A stretch of 64,000 nt of DNA from Opitutales bacterium (GCA_965197745.1 CBDANS010000007.1:1760001-1824000); one strand, 5' to 3'. Counted from the stretch's first letter, positions 52,111 to 64,000 are shown. Numbers and translations: made by a program. The notes: generated by a model from the letters alone, not told the origin.

Positions 52111-52491
52111 ATGACAAAAAAACAGCATCCCTTAGAATGGGTTATTGAGCCACTCATTGATAAACCAAACTTTTTACAAAAAGCAATGTTTGGATGCGAG
52201 GGCTGCTATTTTAACGGTCGATTAGTACTGTTGCTCGCTTCGCGTGGTTCAGAGCCCTGGAATGGCCTACTGATTCCAACGGAAAGAGCGCACCATAGGT
52301 TTCTCATGAACGATATCCCTTCATTAATAAAACACTCCGTGATAGGTAAATGGCTTTACCTGAGTGAGGGAAAAGATGATTTTGAAAAAATAGCGGGACA
52401 ACTAATAAAGATGATCGAGAACAGTGACCTGCGAATTGGTATTTCTCCAAAACCAAAAAAGAGGAAAAAGAATACACCCTTTAAGGGGTGA
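52111..52491 (+). CDS. Hypothetical protein (TfoX N-terminal-like)
   Basis: KAMFGCEGCYFNGRLVLLL resembles the TfoX_N MFG motif; basic C-terminal tail. Confidence 0.55.
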   Translation: MTKKQHPLEWVIEPLIDKPNFLQKAMFGCEGCYFNGRLVLLLASRGSEPWNGLLIPTERAHHRFLMNDIPSLIKHSVIGKWLYLSEGKDDFEKIAGQLIKMIENSDLRIGISPKPKKRKKNTPFKG

Positions 52492-52528
52492 AGCCTCGGA
52501 TTATCCAGCTCGAAAGAGGGTGTAGAAA

Positions 52529-53953
52529 CTAATATTTATAGTGAGATGATTTATAGGGACCTTCGACAGGTACTCCAATGTAGTCAGCCTGTTCACTGGT
52601 GAGCTTAGTCAGCTTGACTCCAATCTTCTCAAGATGGAGACGGGCCACTTCCTCATCCAGGTGCTTCGGTAATATATAAACGCCAGGAGAATATTTTTCT
52701 AAATTTTCCCATAATTCAATTTGCGCAAGCACTTGATTTGAAAATGAATTAGACATGACGAAAGAAGGATGACCCGTAGCACAACCCAAATTCACTAAAC
52801 GTCCTTCTGCCAGTAAGTAAACGGAATGGCCATCGGGAAATGTGTAGCTATCCACCTGCGGTTTAATATTCTCTTTTATTATACCCGGAGTGTTCTCTAG
52901 TTCGCTGACCTGGATTTCATTATCGAAATGACCTATATTGCAAACAATTGCCTGGTCTTTCATTTTTTCCAAATGTTCCACTTTGATAATGTCGATATTA
53001 CCAGTAGTCGTTACATATATATCAGCCCATCCCAAGGTATCTTCGACAGTCGTTACTTTATAGCCTTCCATAGCGGCTTGGAGCGCACATATAGGATCTA
53101 CTTCTGACACGACAACCTGAGCCCCCATTGCCATAAGCGCTTTTGCGCAACCTTTTCCCACATCGCCGTATCCGCAAACGACCCCGACTTTGCCTGATAT
53201 CATTACATCGGTTGCACGTTTGATCCCGTCTATCAGTGATTCACGGCAACCATAAAGATTGTCAAATTTCGATTTTGTTACCGAGTCATTTACATTCATG
53301 GCGGGGACTAAAAGGGCCCCTTTTTCTTGCATTTGATATAGCCGATTGACTCCTGTTGTTGTCTCTTCGGAGACCCCTTTCCAATCATTCACGATATTAT
53401 GCCAATGATCTGAGCTTTCAGAATATATTTTTTTGAGCAGAGACTTAATGACAGCTTCTTCTTTGCTGCCGGCAGTTTCATCTGCCCATGTGCTACCATT
53501 TTCCAGTTCATAGCCTTTATGGATAAGCAAGGTAGCGTCTCCCCCATCGTCGACGATTAAATTAGGCCCTTTGCCATCCGGCCAAGTGAGGGCTTTGAAA
53601 GTACAATCCCAATACTCCTCTAAACTCTCCCCTTTCCAGGCGAAAACCGGCGTTCCGCTTTTGGCAATAGCGGCGGCGGCATGATCCTGGGTAGAAAATA
53701 TATTGCAGCTGGCCCAGCGGATATCAGCTCCCAAGTCTTTAAGTGTTTCTATAAGGACCGCGGTTTGAATCGTCATGTGAAGCGAACCGCTGATACGAAC
53801 CCCCGATAAGGGTTTTTTTTCAGTGTACTTTTCACGCATGGACATGAGCCCCGGCATCTCTTTCTCTGCTATGGCAATTTCCTTTCTTCCCCAACTGGCC
53901 AAACTTATATCCTTAACCTTATAATCCTGCTCAACTTCTGTATGTGTGCTCAT
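52529..53953 (-). CDS. ahcY: Adenosylhomocysteinase
   Basis: [27 protein letters not shown] and GHPSFVMS motifs. Confidence 0.98.
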   Translation of the reverse strand: MSTHTEVEQDYKVKDISLASWGRKEIAIAEKEMPGLMSMREKYTEKKPLSGVRISGSLHMTIQTAVLIETLKDLGADIRWASCNIFSTQDHAAAAIAKSGTPVFAWKGESLEEYWDCTFKALTWPDGKGPNLIVDDGGDATLLIHKGYELENGSTWADETAGSKEEAVIKSLLKKIYSESSDHWHNIVNDWKGVSEETTTGVNRLYQMQEKGALLVPAMNVNDSVTKSKFDNLYGCRESLIDGIKRATDVMISGKVGVVCGYGDVGKGCAKALMAMGAQVVVSEVDPICALQAAMEGYKVTTVEDTLGWADIYVTTTGNIDIIKVEHLEKMKDQAIVCNIGHFDNEIQVSELENTPGIIKENIKPQVDSYTFPDGHSVYLLAEGRLVNLGCATGHPSFVMSNSFSNQVLAQIELWENLEKYSPGVYILPKHLDEEVARLHLEKIGVKLTKLTSEQADYIGVPVEGPYKSSHYKY

Positions 53954-53973
53954 ATTGAATAATGTCAGATCTT

Positions 53974-55140
53974 TTATCTTATTGCTTTTAGTAAATCTCT
54001 TGCTTTACCCGTGTCTTCCCAGGGTAAACCTCTCTTAGCAAAATGCCCGTAATTTGTTGTATCCCGATAGATTGGCCGGAGCAACTTGAGTTGTTTGATA
54101 ATATCGGCAGGTTTAAAACTAAAGACCTTTTTTACCGCGGAGACGATAGTATTATCATCAAATTTTCCGGTCCCAAAAGTATCGATATGGATGCTTGTGG
54201 GGAGAGGATGCCCTATTGCATAGGCAACCTGAATCTCTACGGCAGAAGCAAGCCCGGCCGCGACAATATTCTTTGCCGCCCATCGCGCCATATATGCTGC
54301 AGATCTATCTACCTTCGAAGGATCCTTTCCTGAAAAAGCGCCTCCGCCGTGACGGGCCCAACCGCCGTAAGTGTCAGCGATAATTTTTCGTCCGGTTAAT
54401 CCTGCATCTCCCTGGGGACCCCCAATAACAAACTTCCCTGTTGGATTTATAAGAAATTCGGTATTTTTCGATAATAAATTATCTGGCAATACTTTTTTAA
54501 TAATTTCATTTCTACAAAATTTATCGATCTTGTGATGAGGCATTTCCGCAATGTGCTGGGTAGAAATAACAACGTTTTTTATTCTCGTTGGCTTCCCATT
54601 TGCGTATTCTACCGCCACCTGAGACTTACAGTCAGGCCTTAGCCATCGGCCATTTTTACCGTTTCGTTCTTTTGCTAATCGACGATTTAACCGGTGCGCA
54701 AACATTATCGGGGCAGGCATTTTTTCCGGGGTATCATTGCATGCATAGCCAAACATGATGCCTTGATCGCCCGCGCCCTGCTGAGCGGTCTTTTTGCCCC
54801 TCGCTCTTTTCGCATCGACACCTTGTTTAATGTCAGACGATTGTGAAGTTATATGATTAGCGATAAACACCTTATCTGCATGAAAGATATCATCATCATT
54901 TGTGTAACCTATTTCACGAATCGCGTTCCTTATAACTTTTTCATAATTCAATTTTGCTTTCGTCGTAATTTCACCCGCGAGAATGACACAGTTACTCTTA
55001 ACCATTGTTTCACAGGCTACGCGGCTTTTCTTATCTACGGCCAGGCAGGCATCAAGAATGCTATCTGAAATATAGTCGGCAACTTTATCGGGATGGCCTT
55101 CACCAACTGATTCGGATGAAAATATAAAGGTATCGGCCAT
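53974..55140 (-). CDS. metK: S-adenosylmethionine synthetase
   Basis: [17 protein letters not shown] and [16 protein letters not shown] motifs. Confidence 0.98.
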   Translation of the reverse strand: MADTFIFSSESVGEGHPDKVADYISDSILDACLAVDKKSRVACETMVKSNCVILAGEITTKAKLNYEKVIRNAIREIGYTNDDDIFHADKVFIANHITSQSSDIKQGVDAKRARGKKTAQQGAGDQGIMFGYACNDTPEKMPAPIMFAHRLNRRLAKERNGKNGRWLRPDCKSQVAVEYANGKPTRIKNVVISTQHIAEMPHHKIDKFCRNEIIKKVLPDNLLSKNTEFLINPTGKFVIGGPQGDAGLTGRKIIADTYGGWARHGGGAFSGKDPSKVDRSAAYMARWAAKNIVAAGLASAVEIQVAYAIGHPLPTSIHIDTFGTGKFDDNTIVSAVKKVFSFKPADIIKQLKLLRPIYRDTTNYGHFAKRGLPWEDTGKARDLLKAIR

Positions 55141-55180
55141 AAAAATTAGATTAGTATTCGCACATTGTTATCAATCTAAT

Positions 55181-56992
55181 TTACAGCCGACTCACCAGTA
55201 GCTCGCGTTCATAGCTCATTTCGTGAGGCAGGCGATCAAAGAGTTTCAGGAAAAGCGCTTCATGCTGCAAGGTTTGCATTTTAGCTTTTCCCCGATCGAA
55301 ACTCATAAGCTGGTCCCATTGCTCCCGGCTGTAGGCGAGGCCTCTCCAATCAATATCTTCGTAGCGTGGTATCCATCCAAGCGGTGACTCTTTAGCCTCT
55401 ACCCTGCCATTTGCGCGTTCGACAATCCATTTGAGCACGCGCATGTTCTGCCCATAACCTGGCCACATGAAAGTCCCATCATCATCCTTGCGAAACCAAT
55501 TAACATGGAAAATGAGCGGTTTTTCTGATGAAGCCTTTCCCATTTTAATCCAATGTTGAAAATAATCCCCCATATGGTAACCACAAAAGGGCAGCATTGC
55601 CATCGGGTCATTGCGAAGTTCGCCGACTTTACCTTCTGCCGCAGCGGTTCTCTCTGATCCCATAGTGGCACCAACATACACCCCGTTTGTCCAATTGAAT
55701 GATTGATAAACGAGGGGTATATCCGACATGCGTCGTCCGCCGAATATAAAGGTTTTAATGGGCACCCCTTTCGGGTCTTCCCATGCCGGATCGATAGTGG
55801 GACATTGGTTCGCAGGTGCGGTAAAACGCGCATTGGGGTGGGCTGCTGGATGGTCGCTATCGGGGGTCCAATCGTTACCGTGCCAGTCGATAAGATGAGC
55901 GGGCGTCTCTTTCGTCATCTCTTCCCACCACACATCGCCATCATCGGTCATCGCAACATTAGTGAAAATAGTATTAGCTTTCAACGATTCCATTGCATTG
56001 GGATTGGTATCATAGGACGTTCCAGGTGCTACGCCAAAAAAGCCCGCCTCAGGATTGATGCCATAGAGTTTGCCGTCTTCACCAGGATTGATCCATGCGA
56101 TGTCATCGCCAATTGTTGTAACTTTCCAACCCGCAATCTCTTGAGGAGGGACAAGCATGGCGAAATTCGTTTTACCGCAAGCGCTGGGAAAAGCGGCGGT
56201 CACATATGTTTTCTCCCCTTCTGGGGATTCCACACCAAGGATAAGCATGTGTTCGGCAAACCACCCCTCATCACGCGCCATGCAGGAGGCAATGCGTAAG
56301 GCAAAACATTTTTTTCCTAAAAGTGCGTTTCCCCCATAGCCGCTTCCGTATGAATAAATCGAGCGTTTTTCTGGAAAATGGACAATATAGCGATTATCCG
56401 GATTACAGGGCCAGGGGACATCTTTTTCATTATCCTTCAATGGCATACCAACCGAGTGCAGGCAGGGAACATAAAATCCTTCATCCCCAAGCGCCTCGAT
56501 CACCATGTCCCCTACCCGCGTCATGATATGCATACTTACAACGACATAGGGAGAATCGGTGACTTCCACACCGATTTGAGAAATTGGAGAACCGACAGGC
56601 CCCATACTAAAGGGAATAATATACATAGTGCGTCCGCTCATACACCCCTGGTATAAATTTTTTAATGTCTTCCACATTTCCTCTGGATCCAACCAGTTGT
56701 TTGTCGGTCCGGAATCTTCTTCTTTTTCACTGCAAATAAAGGTTCGGTCTTCTACACGTGCGACATCACGAGGGTCAGAACGACAGAGAAAGCTGTTGGG
56801 ACGTTTTGCCGGATTTAACTGAATAAAAGTACCGCTCTCAACCATTTGCCGGGATAGTTGATCATACTCTTCTTTTGATCCATCACACCAGTAAACATCT
56901 TCCGGTTGGCATAAGGTGATGAGATCATCAATCCAGTTTAATAGATTTTTATTGTTCGTTTTGAGATTTTTCTGAATATTAACTGCGCACAT
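55181..56992 (-). CDS. pckG: Phosphoenolpyruvate carboxykinase (GTP)
   Basis: [29 protein letters not shown] and HPNARF motifs. Confidence 0.97.
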   Translation of the reverse strand: MCAVNIQKNLKTNNKNLLNWIDDLITLCQPEDVYWCDGSKEEYDQLSRQMVESGTFIQLNPAKRPNSFLCRSDPRDVARVEDRTFICSEKEEDSGPTNNWLDPEEMWKTLKNLYQGCMSGRTMYIIPFSMGPVGSPISQIGVEVTDSPYVVVSMHIMTRVGDMVIEALGDEGFYVPCLHSVGMPLKDNEKDVPWPCNPDNRYIVHFPEKRSIYSYGSGYGGNALLGKKCFALRIASCMARDEGWFAEHMLILGVESPEGEKTYVTAAFPSACGKTNFAMLVPPQEIAGWKVTTIGDDIAWINPGEDGKLYGINPEAGFFGVAPGTSYDTNPNAMESLKANTIFTNVAMTDDGDVWWEEMTKETPAHLIDWHGNDWTPDSDHPAAHPNARFTAPANQCPTIDPAWEDPKGVPIKTFIFGGRRMSDIPLVYQSFNWTNGVYVGATMGSERTAAAEGKVGELRNDPMAMLPFCGYHMGDYFQHWIKMGKASSEKPLIFHVNWFRKDDDGTFMWPGYGQNMRVLKWIVERANGRVEAKESPLGWIPRYEDIDWRGLAYSREQWDQLMSFDRGKAKMQTLQHEALFLKLFDRLPHEMSYERELLVSRL

Positions 56993-57155
56993 TGTGTTCT
57001 TAGCTGCTCTCGATTAATTAATTGTTTCTTCATTATGAGGATCGTTGTTTCCAAGAAGAAATAAGTCCTCTCAATACTGGCAAACTGATAAAATGATAGA
57101 CTATTTTTACATGGCCATAAAGAGATAGGAGAAAAATGCAATGACCAAATGGAAA

Positions 57156-57446
57156 TTAGTTTTGCCTCTGCTCCTGCTTTTGGCGATGTGCTTTAATAAA
57201 ACAGAGGACAATAGCGATGCCGGGCGCCCAGATAAGAGCAAGGTGAGAAAGGTCTGCAACGCCATTTTGAGCCATCAAATATAGAGAATAGTCAAACCCT
57301 AATAAAATTCCAGTCAGGGGATAGAGGATGCCCCCAAGAATTGCTGCGGTGGTAATAATTGCCGCTGAATAAACTGTAAATAAGGATATCCAGTAAGCTA
57401 TTATTTTGAATAGTTTAATGGATAATATAAATTTAGCATTCTTCAC
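57156..57446 (-). CDS. Small hypothetical membrane protein
   Basis: 96-aa, highly hydrophobic ORF filling the gap between pckG and the thioesterase. Confidence 0.55.
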   Translation of the reverse strand: MKNAKFILSIKLFKIIAYWISLFTVYSAAIITTAAILGGILYPLTGILLGFDYSLYLMAQNGVADLSHLALIWAPGIAIVLCFIKAHRQKQEQRQN

Positions 57447-57457
57447 ATTATAAATCC

Positions 57458-57856
57458 ATGTATATTTCGGATACTAAAATTCGTGTTCGCTACGCTGAAA
57501 CAGATATGATGGGCGTAGCTTATTATGGCAATTTCTTTACCTGGTTTGAAGTTGCTCGAATTCGGATGCTCGATAAGATGGGTATGCCCTATCGGGAGAT
57601 GGAACTCCAGGGCATACGACTGCCCGTTCTTGAAGCCAATGCGGTGTATAAATTTCCTGCCCGATTTGATGACGAAGTAGAAATAAAAACATTATTAAAA
57701 AATATACCTGCCGTCCGCTTTAAAATTGATTACGAACTGTATATCGAAAGTAAATTGATTGCCACGGGGTTTACAATCCATGCTTTTACAAATTCTAAGG
57801 GCCAGGCGACAAGACCTCCTAAAGATTTTATGGCCCGGATGAAAGAATACTTTTAA
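57458..57856 (+). CDS. YbgC/FadM-family acyl-CoA thioesterase
   Basis: RVRYAETDMMGVAYYGNFFTWFEVAR and PARFDD motifs. Confidence 0.92.
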   Translation: MYISDTKIRVRYAETDMMGVAYYGNFFTWFEVARIRMLDKMGMPYREMELQGIRLPVLEANAVYKFPARFDDEVEIKTLLKNIPAVRFKIDYELYIESKLIATGFTIHAFTNSKGQATRPPKDFMARMKEYF

Positions 57857-57883
57857 CGGGGCGTATTCTCAGGTATCTGAAAC

Positions 57884-58432
57884 TCAGAAAAAAATCTCAG
57901 CCTGATTATCATAAATACGCAGAACGTGTTCTACAATTTCAGAAATAGATCCATTGTCGGTGTATATTCCCGTCCCTGCTTGAAGGTAAATTGGTTCACG
58001 TTCAGCCAGTAGTTCACGAATTTTTTTTTCGGGGTCATCAACATTCAAAAGCGGCCGGTTTCGATTGCTGGAGATTCGTTTTAATATCGTGCTGACCGAG
58101 GCAAAGAGACAGATCAGCACTCCTTTGGACTTTAAGATACTGATCATGTCGGGTTGGATTATAAGACCTCCTCCGCATGCAACGATACATCCTTTTGGGG
58201 GATGCCCGGATTCAACAAACTCCCGTTCCATTTTTCGGAATTCCTTTTCTCCCTCTTCAGAAAAAATCTCCTTAACAGATTTGCCCGCGATCTTGGCAAT
58301 AGCAGAATCAGAATCCAGGTATTCCATCTTCATCTTCTGGGCTACCTGGCGACCAATAGCAGACTTGCCGGTACCCATAAATCCGACAAGGTACAAATTT
58401 ATATTTAAATTAGGATCGTCAGGCATGAGCAA
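57884..58432 (-). CDS. aroK: Shikimate kinase
   Basis: LVGFMGTGKS, GEKEFR, ACGGG and RPLL motifs. Confidence 0.95.
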   Translation of the reverse strand: MLMPDDPNLNINLYLVGFMGTGKSAIGRQVAQKMKMEYLDSDSAIAKIAGKSVKEIFSEEGEKEFRKMEREFVESGHPPKGCIVACGGGLIIQPDMISILKSKGVLICLFASVSTILKRISSNRNRPLLNVDDPEKKIRELLAEREPIYLQAGTGIYTDNGSISEIVEHVLRIYDNQAEIFF

Positions 58433-58495
58433 AGATTAACGCATGACATAAGTCAGCATGCAATAACGCTGAAATTAAGTGATGATCAATATTAT

Positions 58496-59875
58496 TTAAA
58501 TATCGGAAATCGAAGATAAAATACGCTCGATGGCATCAGTAGCTTTATTCATGAGCTCCAGGTTAAAGCTTTCATTCGGCGCATGAATATTATCTTCAGG
58601 AGTGACTAAACCTAACATTAGAGTATCCAAACCAACGACTTTCTTTAAGTCCGCGATAATAGGGATGCTTCCTCCTTCGCGCAGGTACAAAGGAGGTTTA
58701 CCGAAAACGTCGGTTATTGCCACTTCGGCAGAACGAAATGCCTGAGTCAATAGCGGGGATTGATCCGATTGTGAATTGGGACGATCAGGAGGGACAACAA
58801 GATAAGGCGATCCTCCATGACCTTCCCTCAACTCCAGAGAAACATGGGGAGGGCATCGCTCTTGAATCGCCTCTGAGATTAATTTTTTGATTTTATCAGG
58901 ATCCTGATCAGCGACCAGTCTACTGGTTATTTTTGCAAAAGCCTTTTTAGGGATGATCGTCTTATTACCTTCTCCCTGATAGCCACCACCAATACCATTA
59001 AACTCTAAAGTCGGGCTAAATCGTGTTGCTTCGAAAGGTGAATATCCCCCACTTGTATGAAATTTTTTTACTCCTAAGATTTGTGCGAATTCGTGTTCGC
59101 TTAATTCTATGCCTTTCAGTTCTTGGAATTCCCAATCAGGAACTTCGCGAACATCATTATAAAACCCCTCTATATTTACACTGCCATCCTCATTATGCAG
59201 TGACGCACATATATCTGAGACAACTTGTATAGGATTAAGGACCGCACCCCCATAAAATCCCGAATGAAGATCGGAGTGCGCTCCTGTTATCTCAAACTCA
59301 ATACCCACCACTCCTCGTAGTCCGATGGTGATAACAAGTTGGTCTGAATTAATACATCCGGTATCAGAAAGAAGGAGAAAATCCCCCTGTATTCTATCTT
59401 TATACTCATTGAGAAACCCGGCAAAGCTCGGGCTTCCGGTTTCCTCTTCCCCTTCAATGAGAAATGTGATGCGCAACGGCAAATTGTTGTGTTTATCTAA
59501 TAATCGAGCAACCGCTGAAATAAGGACCAGCAGTGGGCCTTTATTGTCAGCTGCACCGCGTGCGTAAATGCGACCGTCACGGATTTCAGGTTCAAATGGG
59601 GGACTGGACCATAAATCAAACGGGTCGGCTGGTTGCACATCGTAATGGCCATAAATTATCACATGAGGCCAGGAAGAATCGCCATTAAGGGTAGCGAGAA
59701 TAATCGGGTGCAAGGGTGTTTTAATGACTTCAACCGAACAACCAATACTATCCAGCAGACCACTGATATAGCTCCTGGCTCCCTCCATACCATCTTTATA
59801 ATCCGGATCGGTTGAAACACTGGGAAAGCGCAAATAATCCTTGGCAACTTCAATAGGATCGAACATGGGGGACAA
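58496..59875 (-). CDS. M20 family dipeptidase (CNDP/DapE-like)
   Basis: YGHYDVQP, ARGAADNKG, EGEEETGS, GGSIP and IHAPNE motifs. Confidence 0.92.
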   Translation of the reverse strand: MSPMFDPIEVAKDYLRFPSVSTDPDYKDGMEGARSYISGLLDSIGCSVEVIKTPLHPIILATLNGDSSWPHVIIYGHYDVQPADPFDLWSSPPFEPEIRDGRIYARGAADNKGPLLVLISAVARLLDKHNNLPLRITFLIEGEEETGSPSFAGFLNEYKDRIQGDFLLLSDTGCINSDQLVITIGLRGVVGIEFEITGAHSDLHSGFYGGAVLNPIQVVSDICASLHNEDGSVNIEGFYNDVREVPDWEFQELKGIELSEHEFAQILGVKKFHTSGGYSPFEATRFSPTLEFNGIGGGYQGEGNKTIIPKKAFAKITSRLVADQDPDKIKKLISEAIQERCPPHVSLELREGHGGSPYLVVPPDRPNSQSDQSPLLTQAFRSAEVAITDVFGKPPLYLREGGSIPIIADLKKVVGLDTLMLGLVTPEDNIHAPNESFNLELMNKATDAIERILSSISDI

Positions 59876-59987
59876 CTAGGTTTAATTGGTTGTTTTAATA
59901 AGTATCCCGCGCCGATCCGCTGTAAACGAAAAAGATATAGCCACACGGCTGGAAACACACCAGGAACATTAATTAAAAATAGAATTA

Positions 59988-60812
59988 TTACTGAATAATT
60001 CGAATTTTCGGCTTACCTGAGCTACCTTCAAAAACTTCTACAGCTTCGGGCATATGCCTGTGCAATAACAAGATACGATCCTGATGTGAAGGGTGAGTGG
60101 AAAGCCATTGAGGGGGGACAGGTTTCCCTTGAGTCTCCTTGTGCATGCGCTCCCAAAAATCTATAGCTAACTCAGGATCATAACCAGCGCGGGCCATGTA
60201 TATAAGTCCTATATAATCGGCTTCAATTTCCTTTTTTCGAGTAAAAGCATAGGTCCCTAACTGGCTCCCCAATCCATATGCGTCCATGACCGCATTTCGA
60301 ATTAACACCTCTTGGCCACCCGTAGCAACTGCCGCAGCAATACTACCCCCTTTGATAAGTATGTCCTGGGATAGTCTTTCATTTACGTGTTTTGCCGCTA
60401 CGTGGGCAAGTTCATGCCCGATGACAACAGCTAAATCCTCTTCACTTTCTACAATTCGGAAAAGACCGGAAAAGACCCCTACCTTGCCACCCGCCATGGC
60501 AAAAGCATTTATTCTATTTGGATTTTCAAAGACGACAAATTCCCAATCGGCATTGAGCATATCCCAGGAGATGGCCTTAGCCATTCGCTCACCGACTTTA
60601 TTTACTAAGGCAATATGTTGATGATTTCTTGATTGACCATACCGAAATTTCATCTCCGCAAAAGCGGCGTTACTCATTTTTATCACTTCCTCGTCAGAAA
60701 CGATATTTATGGCAGAACGCCCTGTAACCGGCACGGTGTTGCAGGCTGTAATGATTATGGAGAGGCATAAAATGCCACATCCTACACAGAACTGTGTCTG
60801 TCTCGTGATCAT
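59988..60812 (-). CDS. M48 family zinc metallopeptidase (lipoprotein)
   Basis: IITAC lipobox, NAFAMAGG, HELAH, EADYIG and STHP motifs. Confidence 0.93.
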   Translation of the reverse strand: MITRQTQFCVGCGILCLSIIITACNTVPVTGRSAINIVSDEEVIKMSNAAFAEMKFRYGQSRNHQHIALVNKVGERMAKAISWDMLNADWEFVVFENPNRINAFAMAGGKVGVFSGLFRIVESEEDLAVVIGHELAHVAAKHVNERLSQDILIKGGSIAAAVATGGQEVLIRNAVMDAYGLGSQLGTYAFTRKKEIEADYIGLIYMARAGYDPELAIDFWERMHKETQGKPVPPQWLSTHPSHQDRILLLHRHMPEAVEVFEGSSGKPKIRIIQ

Positions 60813-60914
60813 AGATCAGGGTTTATTCAATCGAAGCGGTAACTATAATATTGAAAAATTACAGGCCGATTTATAATTTATATAGACACTTTTTTAAGAT
60901 CAAAGTTTCACTTA

Positions 60915-62462
60915 TTAATGCCGAAAGTGTCTCGTTCCAGTAAACACCATAGCCATATTCTGCTTATTAGCTGCCTCAATTACTTCATTATCACGAAGGG
61001 ATCCACCCGTCTGAATGACCGCGGTAGAACCAGATTCTGCCGCGGCTATTAACCCGTCAGCAAATGGAATCAATGCGTCTGAAGCCATTATTGATCCATG
61101 CAAAGAAAGATCAGCTTCTCCAGCTTTCCAAATAGCAATTTTTGAACTGTCCACTCTCGCCATTTGACCTGCGCCAATTCCCAGTGTGCGTTCTCCTTTG
61201 GCATAAACAATAGCATTTGATTTAACATGCTTCACTACACGCCAACCGAATAACATTGCCTCCCATTCGTCTGATGTCGGCTTTCGCTCCGTAACGACAT
61301 TGAAGTCTTTTACATTAACTGGTTTTAAATCTCTTTCCTGCACGAGGATGCCCCCTGCTACTGTTCGAATTTCCTCAATCGTTTCCTCTTTCAAAGCACC
61401 CTTCCATACCATTAATCGCAGATTCTTCTTTTTCTTAATAATGTCTCGTGCTTCTTCGGTAAAATCGGGAGCAATGATAATCTCACAAAATATTTCCCGT
61501 ATTTTTTCGGCGAGGCCGATGTCAAGCGTCCGGTTAGTTATGATAATACCACCAAATGGGGCCTGTCTATCGGTGGCAAAAGCCTGTTCCCATGCTTCCA
61601 GAGTATTTTCCGCACTCGCTACCCCACAGGGGTTGGTATGCTTTAATATCGCGACTGTGGGTTTTTCAAATTCTCTTAAAAGATTACTCGCTGCCGTTAT
61701 ATCCAGGATATTGCAAAAACTTAAATCTTTTCCCTGAAGCTGATCATAGCAGTCAAAGAATTTTCCGTAGAGGGATCCCTGCTGATGGGGATTTTCACCG
61801 TAGCGCAAAGTTGCAGAAAGAGGAAGCGTTAAGGTGTAATTTTGAGGTGTTTTAATTGCATCCACGCGATCCGACCTGTCGCTATTCTTCTCAAGATATT
61901 GATTAATTACCTGGTCATATTGTGAGGTGCATTTAAATACTTTTAAAGCCAGTTCTTTACGCAAAGAAGGAAGTGTTTCCTCATCTTTAAATCCATTAAG
62001 GACTCGATCGTAGTCAGCGGGATCACATACAACGGTAACACTTGAAAAATTTTTGGCCGCGCTGCGCAGCATGGAAGGTCCTCCGATATCAATATTCTCT
62101 ATGGCTTCTTCCTCTGACACCTCCGGGTTTGCCACCGTCTCTTCAAAAGGATAAAGATTGACGACGACGAGATCGATGAGATCGATCTTATGTTGTTCAG
62201 CTTGACTGAGGTGTTCCGGTTTGTCTCGCCGGCATAGCAGTCCCCCGTGAATTTTTGGATGGAGCGTTTTAATTCGCCCTTCCATCAGTTCGGGAAATCC
62301 TGTGTAATCACTCACCTCGGTAACGGGCATGCCATTATCTTTCAACATTTTAGCGGTGCCTCCTGTCGATAATATGCGATAGTCGTAGTGATTGACCAAA
62401 GTCTCCACAAAAGGCAATAATCCCGTTCTGTCACTGGCTGATATAAGTGCTGTTTTTCCCAT
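60915..62462 (-). CDS. purH: Bifunctional AICAR transformylase/IMP cyclohydrolase
   Basis: STGGT, KTLHP, IDIGGP, LRYGENPHQ, KHTNPCG and FTGTRHFRH motifs. Confidence 0.98.
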   Translation of the reverse strand: MGKTALISASDRTGLLPFVETLVNHYDYRILSTGGTAKMLKDNGMPVTEVSDYTGFPELMEGRIKTLHPKIHGGLLCRRDKPEHLSQAEQHKIDLIDLVVVNLYPFEETVANPEVSEEEAIENIDIGGPSMLRSAAKNFSSVTVVCDPADYDRVLNGFKDEETLPSLRKELALKVFKCTSQYDQVINQYLEKNSDRSDRVDAIKTPQNYTLTLPLSATLRYGENPHQQGSLYGKFFDCYDQLQGKDLSFCNILDITAASNLLREFEKPTVAILKHTNPCGVASAENTLEAWEQAFATDRQAPFGGIIITNRTLDIGLAEKIREIFCEIIIAPDFTEEARDIIKKKKNLRLMVWKGALKEETIEEIRTVAGGILVQERDLKPVNVKDFNVVTERKPTSDEWEAMLFGWRVVKHVKSNAIVYAKGERTLGIGAGQMARVDSSKIAIWKAGEADLSLHGSIMASDALIPFADGLIAAAESGSTAVIQTGGSLRDNEVIEAANKQNMAMVFTGTRHFRH

Positions 62463-62657
62463 ACATTTGTTTTGATCAGGATTAATTTCTTGGGCAAGGA
62501 AAAACCTGTTAAGAGAGCTTAATCCAATATAAATATGGGCAGGCTTCTTTTATAATTGATCTACACCATCACTCGCTGTCATTTCCTCTTTATTAATTTA
62601 CAAATCTTCTACTTATACTAGATTTAGATATAGGCAGAATTTTAGATCTAAACTAAT

Positions 62658-63452
62658 ATGTTCGAATCATTACAGGTAGAACCACTGAAGATAGCTGACC
62701 GTGTTTTTTCCTCTCGCCTTCTGGTGGGGACCGGGAAGTTTTCCTCGGGGGAAGCAATGCGCGACAGTTTAGATGCATGCGAAACGAGCATGGTAACCGT
62801 GGCCTTAAAAAGAGTTAATCTTAATGCTGAAATAGATCCTTTCGCCAATATCCTGGATTTTCTCGATTCAGAGAAATATCTTATTCTCCCCAATACAGCC
62901 GGGGCAATGAACGCAGAAGAAGCAGTGCGCATAGCGCGACTGGCAGCAGCAGCAGGTCTTCCGCAATGGGTGAAACTGGAGATTCACCCCGATCCCAATT
63001 ATCTCTTACCGGACCCTATCGAAACTTTAAAAGCCGCTGAAATTCTTATCAAGGAAGGTTTTGTTGTTATGCCTTATATTAACGCAGACCCTGTTCTTGC
63101 GGCACGATTGCAGGATATTGGCTGCGCTACGGTAATGCCTTTAGGATCCCCAATTGGGAGTAATCGCGGCATCGAGACGCGTGCTCAAATTGAAATAATT
63201 CTTGAACAAGCGCGGGTGCCCGTGGTTGTTGATGCCGGGCTAGGGGCTCCATCCCATGCGGCTGCAGCTATGGAGATGGGTGCTGATGCGGTTCTTGTGA
63301 ATACCGCCATCGCCATTGCCGCAGATCCCATTAGAATGGCGCAGGCATTTGCTGCTGCGGTGCAAGCAGGACGTATTCTACACGAGATAGGGACGACAGG
63401 AGCGAGCAAGATGGCTAAAGCCACGAGTCCTCTTACAACATTTCTCGATTAA
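62658..63452 (+). CDS. thiG: Thiazole synthase
   Basis: [29 protein letters not shown] and VLVNTAIA motifs. Confidence 0.97.
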   Translation: MFESLQVEPLKIADRVFSSRLLVGTGKFSSGEAMRDSLDACETSMVTVALKRVNLNAEIDPFANILDFLDSEKYLILPNTAGAMNAEEAVRIARLAAAAGLPQWVKLEIHPDPNYLLPDPIETLKAAEILIKEGFVVMPYINADPVLAARLQDIGCATVMPLGSPIGSNRGIETRAQIEIILEQARVPVVVDAGLGAPSHAAAAMEMGADAVLVNTAIAIAADPIRMAQAFAAAVQAGRILHEIGTTGASKMAKATSPLTTFLD

Positions 63453-63543
63453 GTATCAACACCGCTTTATAAATATATTACTCTGCGGATTGATATAATT
63501 TTTATGTATATATATTGAGTATAGGTAAAGAGCAGTAACAAAC

Positions 63544-64000
63544 ATGCATAATTTTTCAGATATCTATCAGACGCTCCCTGTTGAGTCCTGGGTCCGACAA
63601 TCACTCGATACCAGTAATCGAACACTGGCTCCCCTCTTGCGTAAAGGTAGAGCAGAGACTTTGGCCGATTTTGCCGCCCTTATATCCCCTTGTGCTGCTC
63701 AGTATTTAGAGGACATGGCTCTTCACTCACAATTGATTACTCAGCGCCATTTTGGAAAGACGATCCGTCTTTTCGCCCCCATTTACCTTTCCAATGAATG
63801 TATCAATATTTGTAAATACTGTGGGTTTTCACGCGATAATGATATTCCCCGCATTACCATTCCTGTCGATCAAGTTGTTGCGGAAGTAAAATTATTAGCG
63901 AAACAAGGCTTCCGATCATTGCTTATTGTCGCCGGAGAACATCCAAAATATGTTTCCAACGGTTATGTTGAAGAATGTATTAATCGTTGCATGGATATCA
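63544..64000 (+). CDS. thiH: 2-iminoacetate synthase (radical SAM), 3'-partial
   Basis: Hand translation gives ...LEDMA...FGKTIRLFAPIYLSNECINICKYCGFSRDN (CxxxCxxC) and LIVAGEHP. Follows thiG and runs off the window end. Confidence 0.92.
   Translation, partial: MHNFSDIYQTLPVESWVRQSLDTSNRTLAPLLRKGRAETLADFAALISPCAAQYLEDMALHSQLITQRHFGKTIRLFAPIYLSNECINICKYCGFSRDNDIPRITIPVDQVVAEVKLLAKQGFRSLLIVAGEHPKYVSNGYVEECINRCMDI

Noticed and set aside
55703..56299. 198-aa antisense ORF in pckG, and the many other short ORFs nested in core genes
   Set aside because: Shadow ORFs of well-supported genes with no recognisable motifs.
62463..62657. Expected TPP riboswitch before thiG or ZMP/ZTP riboswitch before purH
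   Set aside because: Neither set of conserved motifs is visible in this AT-rich divergent spacer.

Overview
A 64-kb bacterial chromosomal window. Gene content and order suggest Verrucomicrobiota (Opitutia-like); this is an inference. It is mostly housekeeping: recF, ruvC, ruvA, dapAB, fabD, lepA-lepB, malQ, gap/pgk/tpiA, mnmA, obgE, pckG-metK-ahcY, aroK, purH and thiGH. The main non-routine features are: (1) two different IS1595-family elements, both with terminal inverted repeats, target-site duplications and passenger genes. One (12163-14405) carries a P63C-domain gene and two convergent small membrane-peptide ORFs and splits region 4.2 of an ECF sigma factor, whose anti-sigma partner also has a nonsense codon. 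The other (19824-21136) clips the C-terminus of a hypothetical gene upstream of fabD. (2) A tightly packed lipid operon joining a phytoene-desaturase-like flavoprotein, FabZ-like and FabI-like enzymes with OleA and OleB, with no oleC/oleD in the window. (3) A PilB-linked signalling block with two apparently ATPase-dead NtrC-like regulators and a stand-alone MshEN-like protein. (4) Several frameshift or nonsense lesions confined to accessory and regulatory genes. I could not recognise any rRNA, tRNA, CRISPR array or convincing riboswitch by eye.
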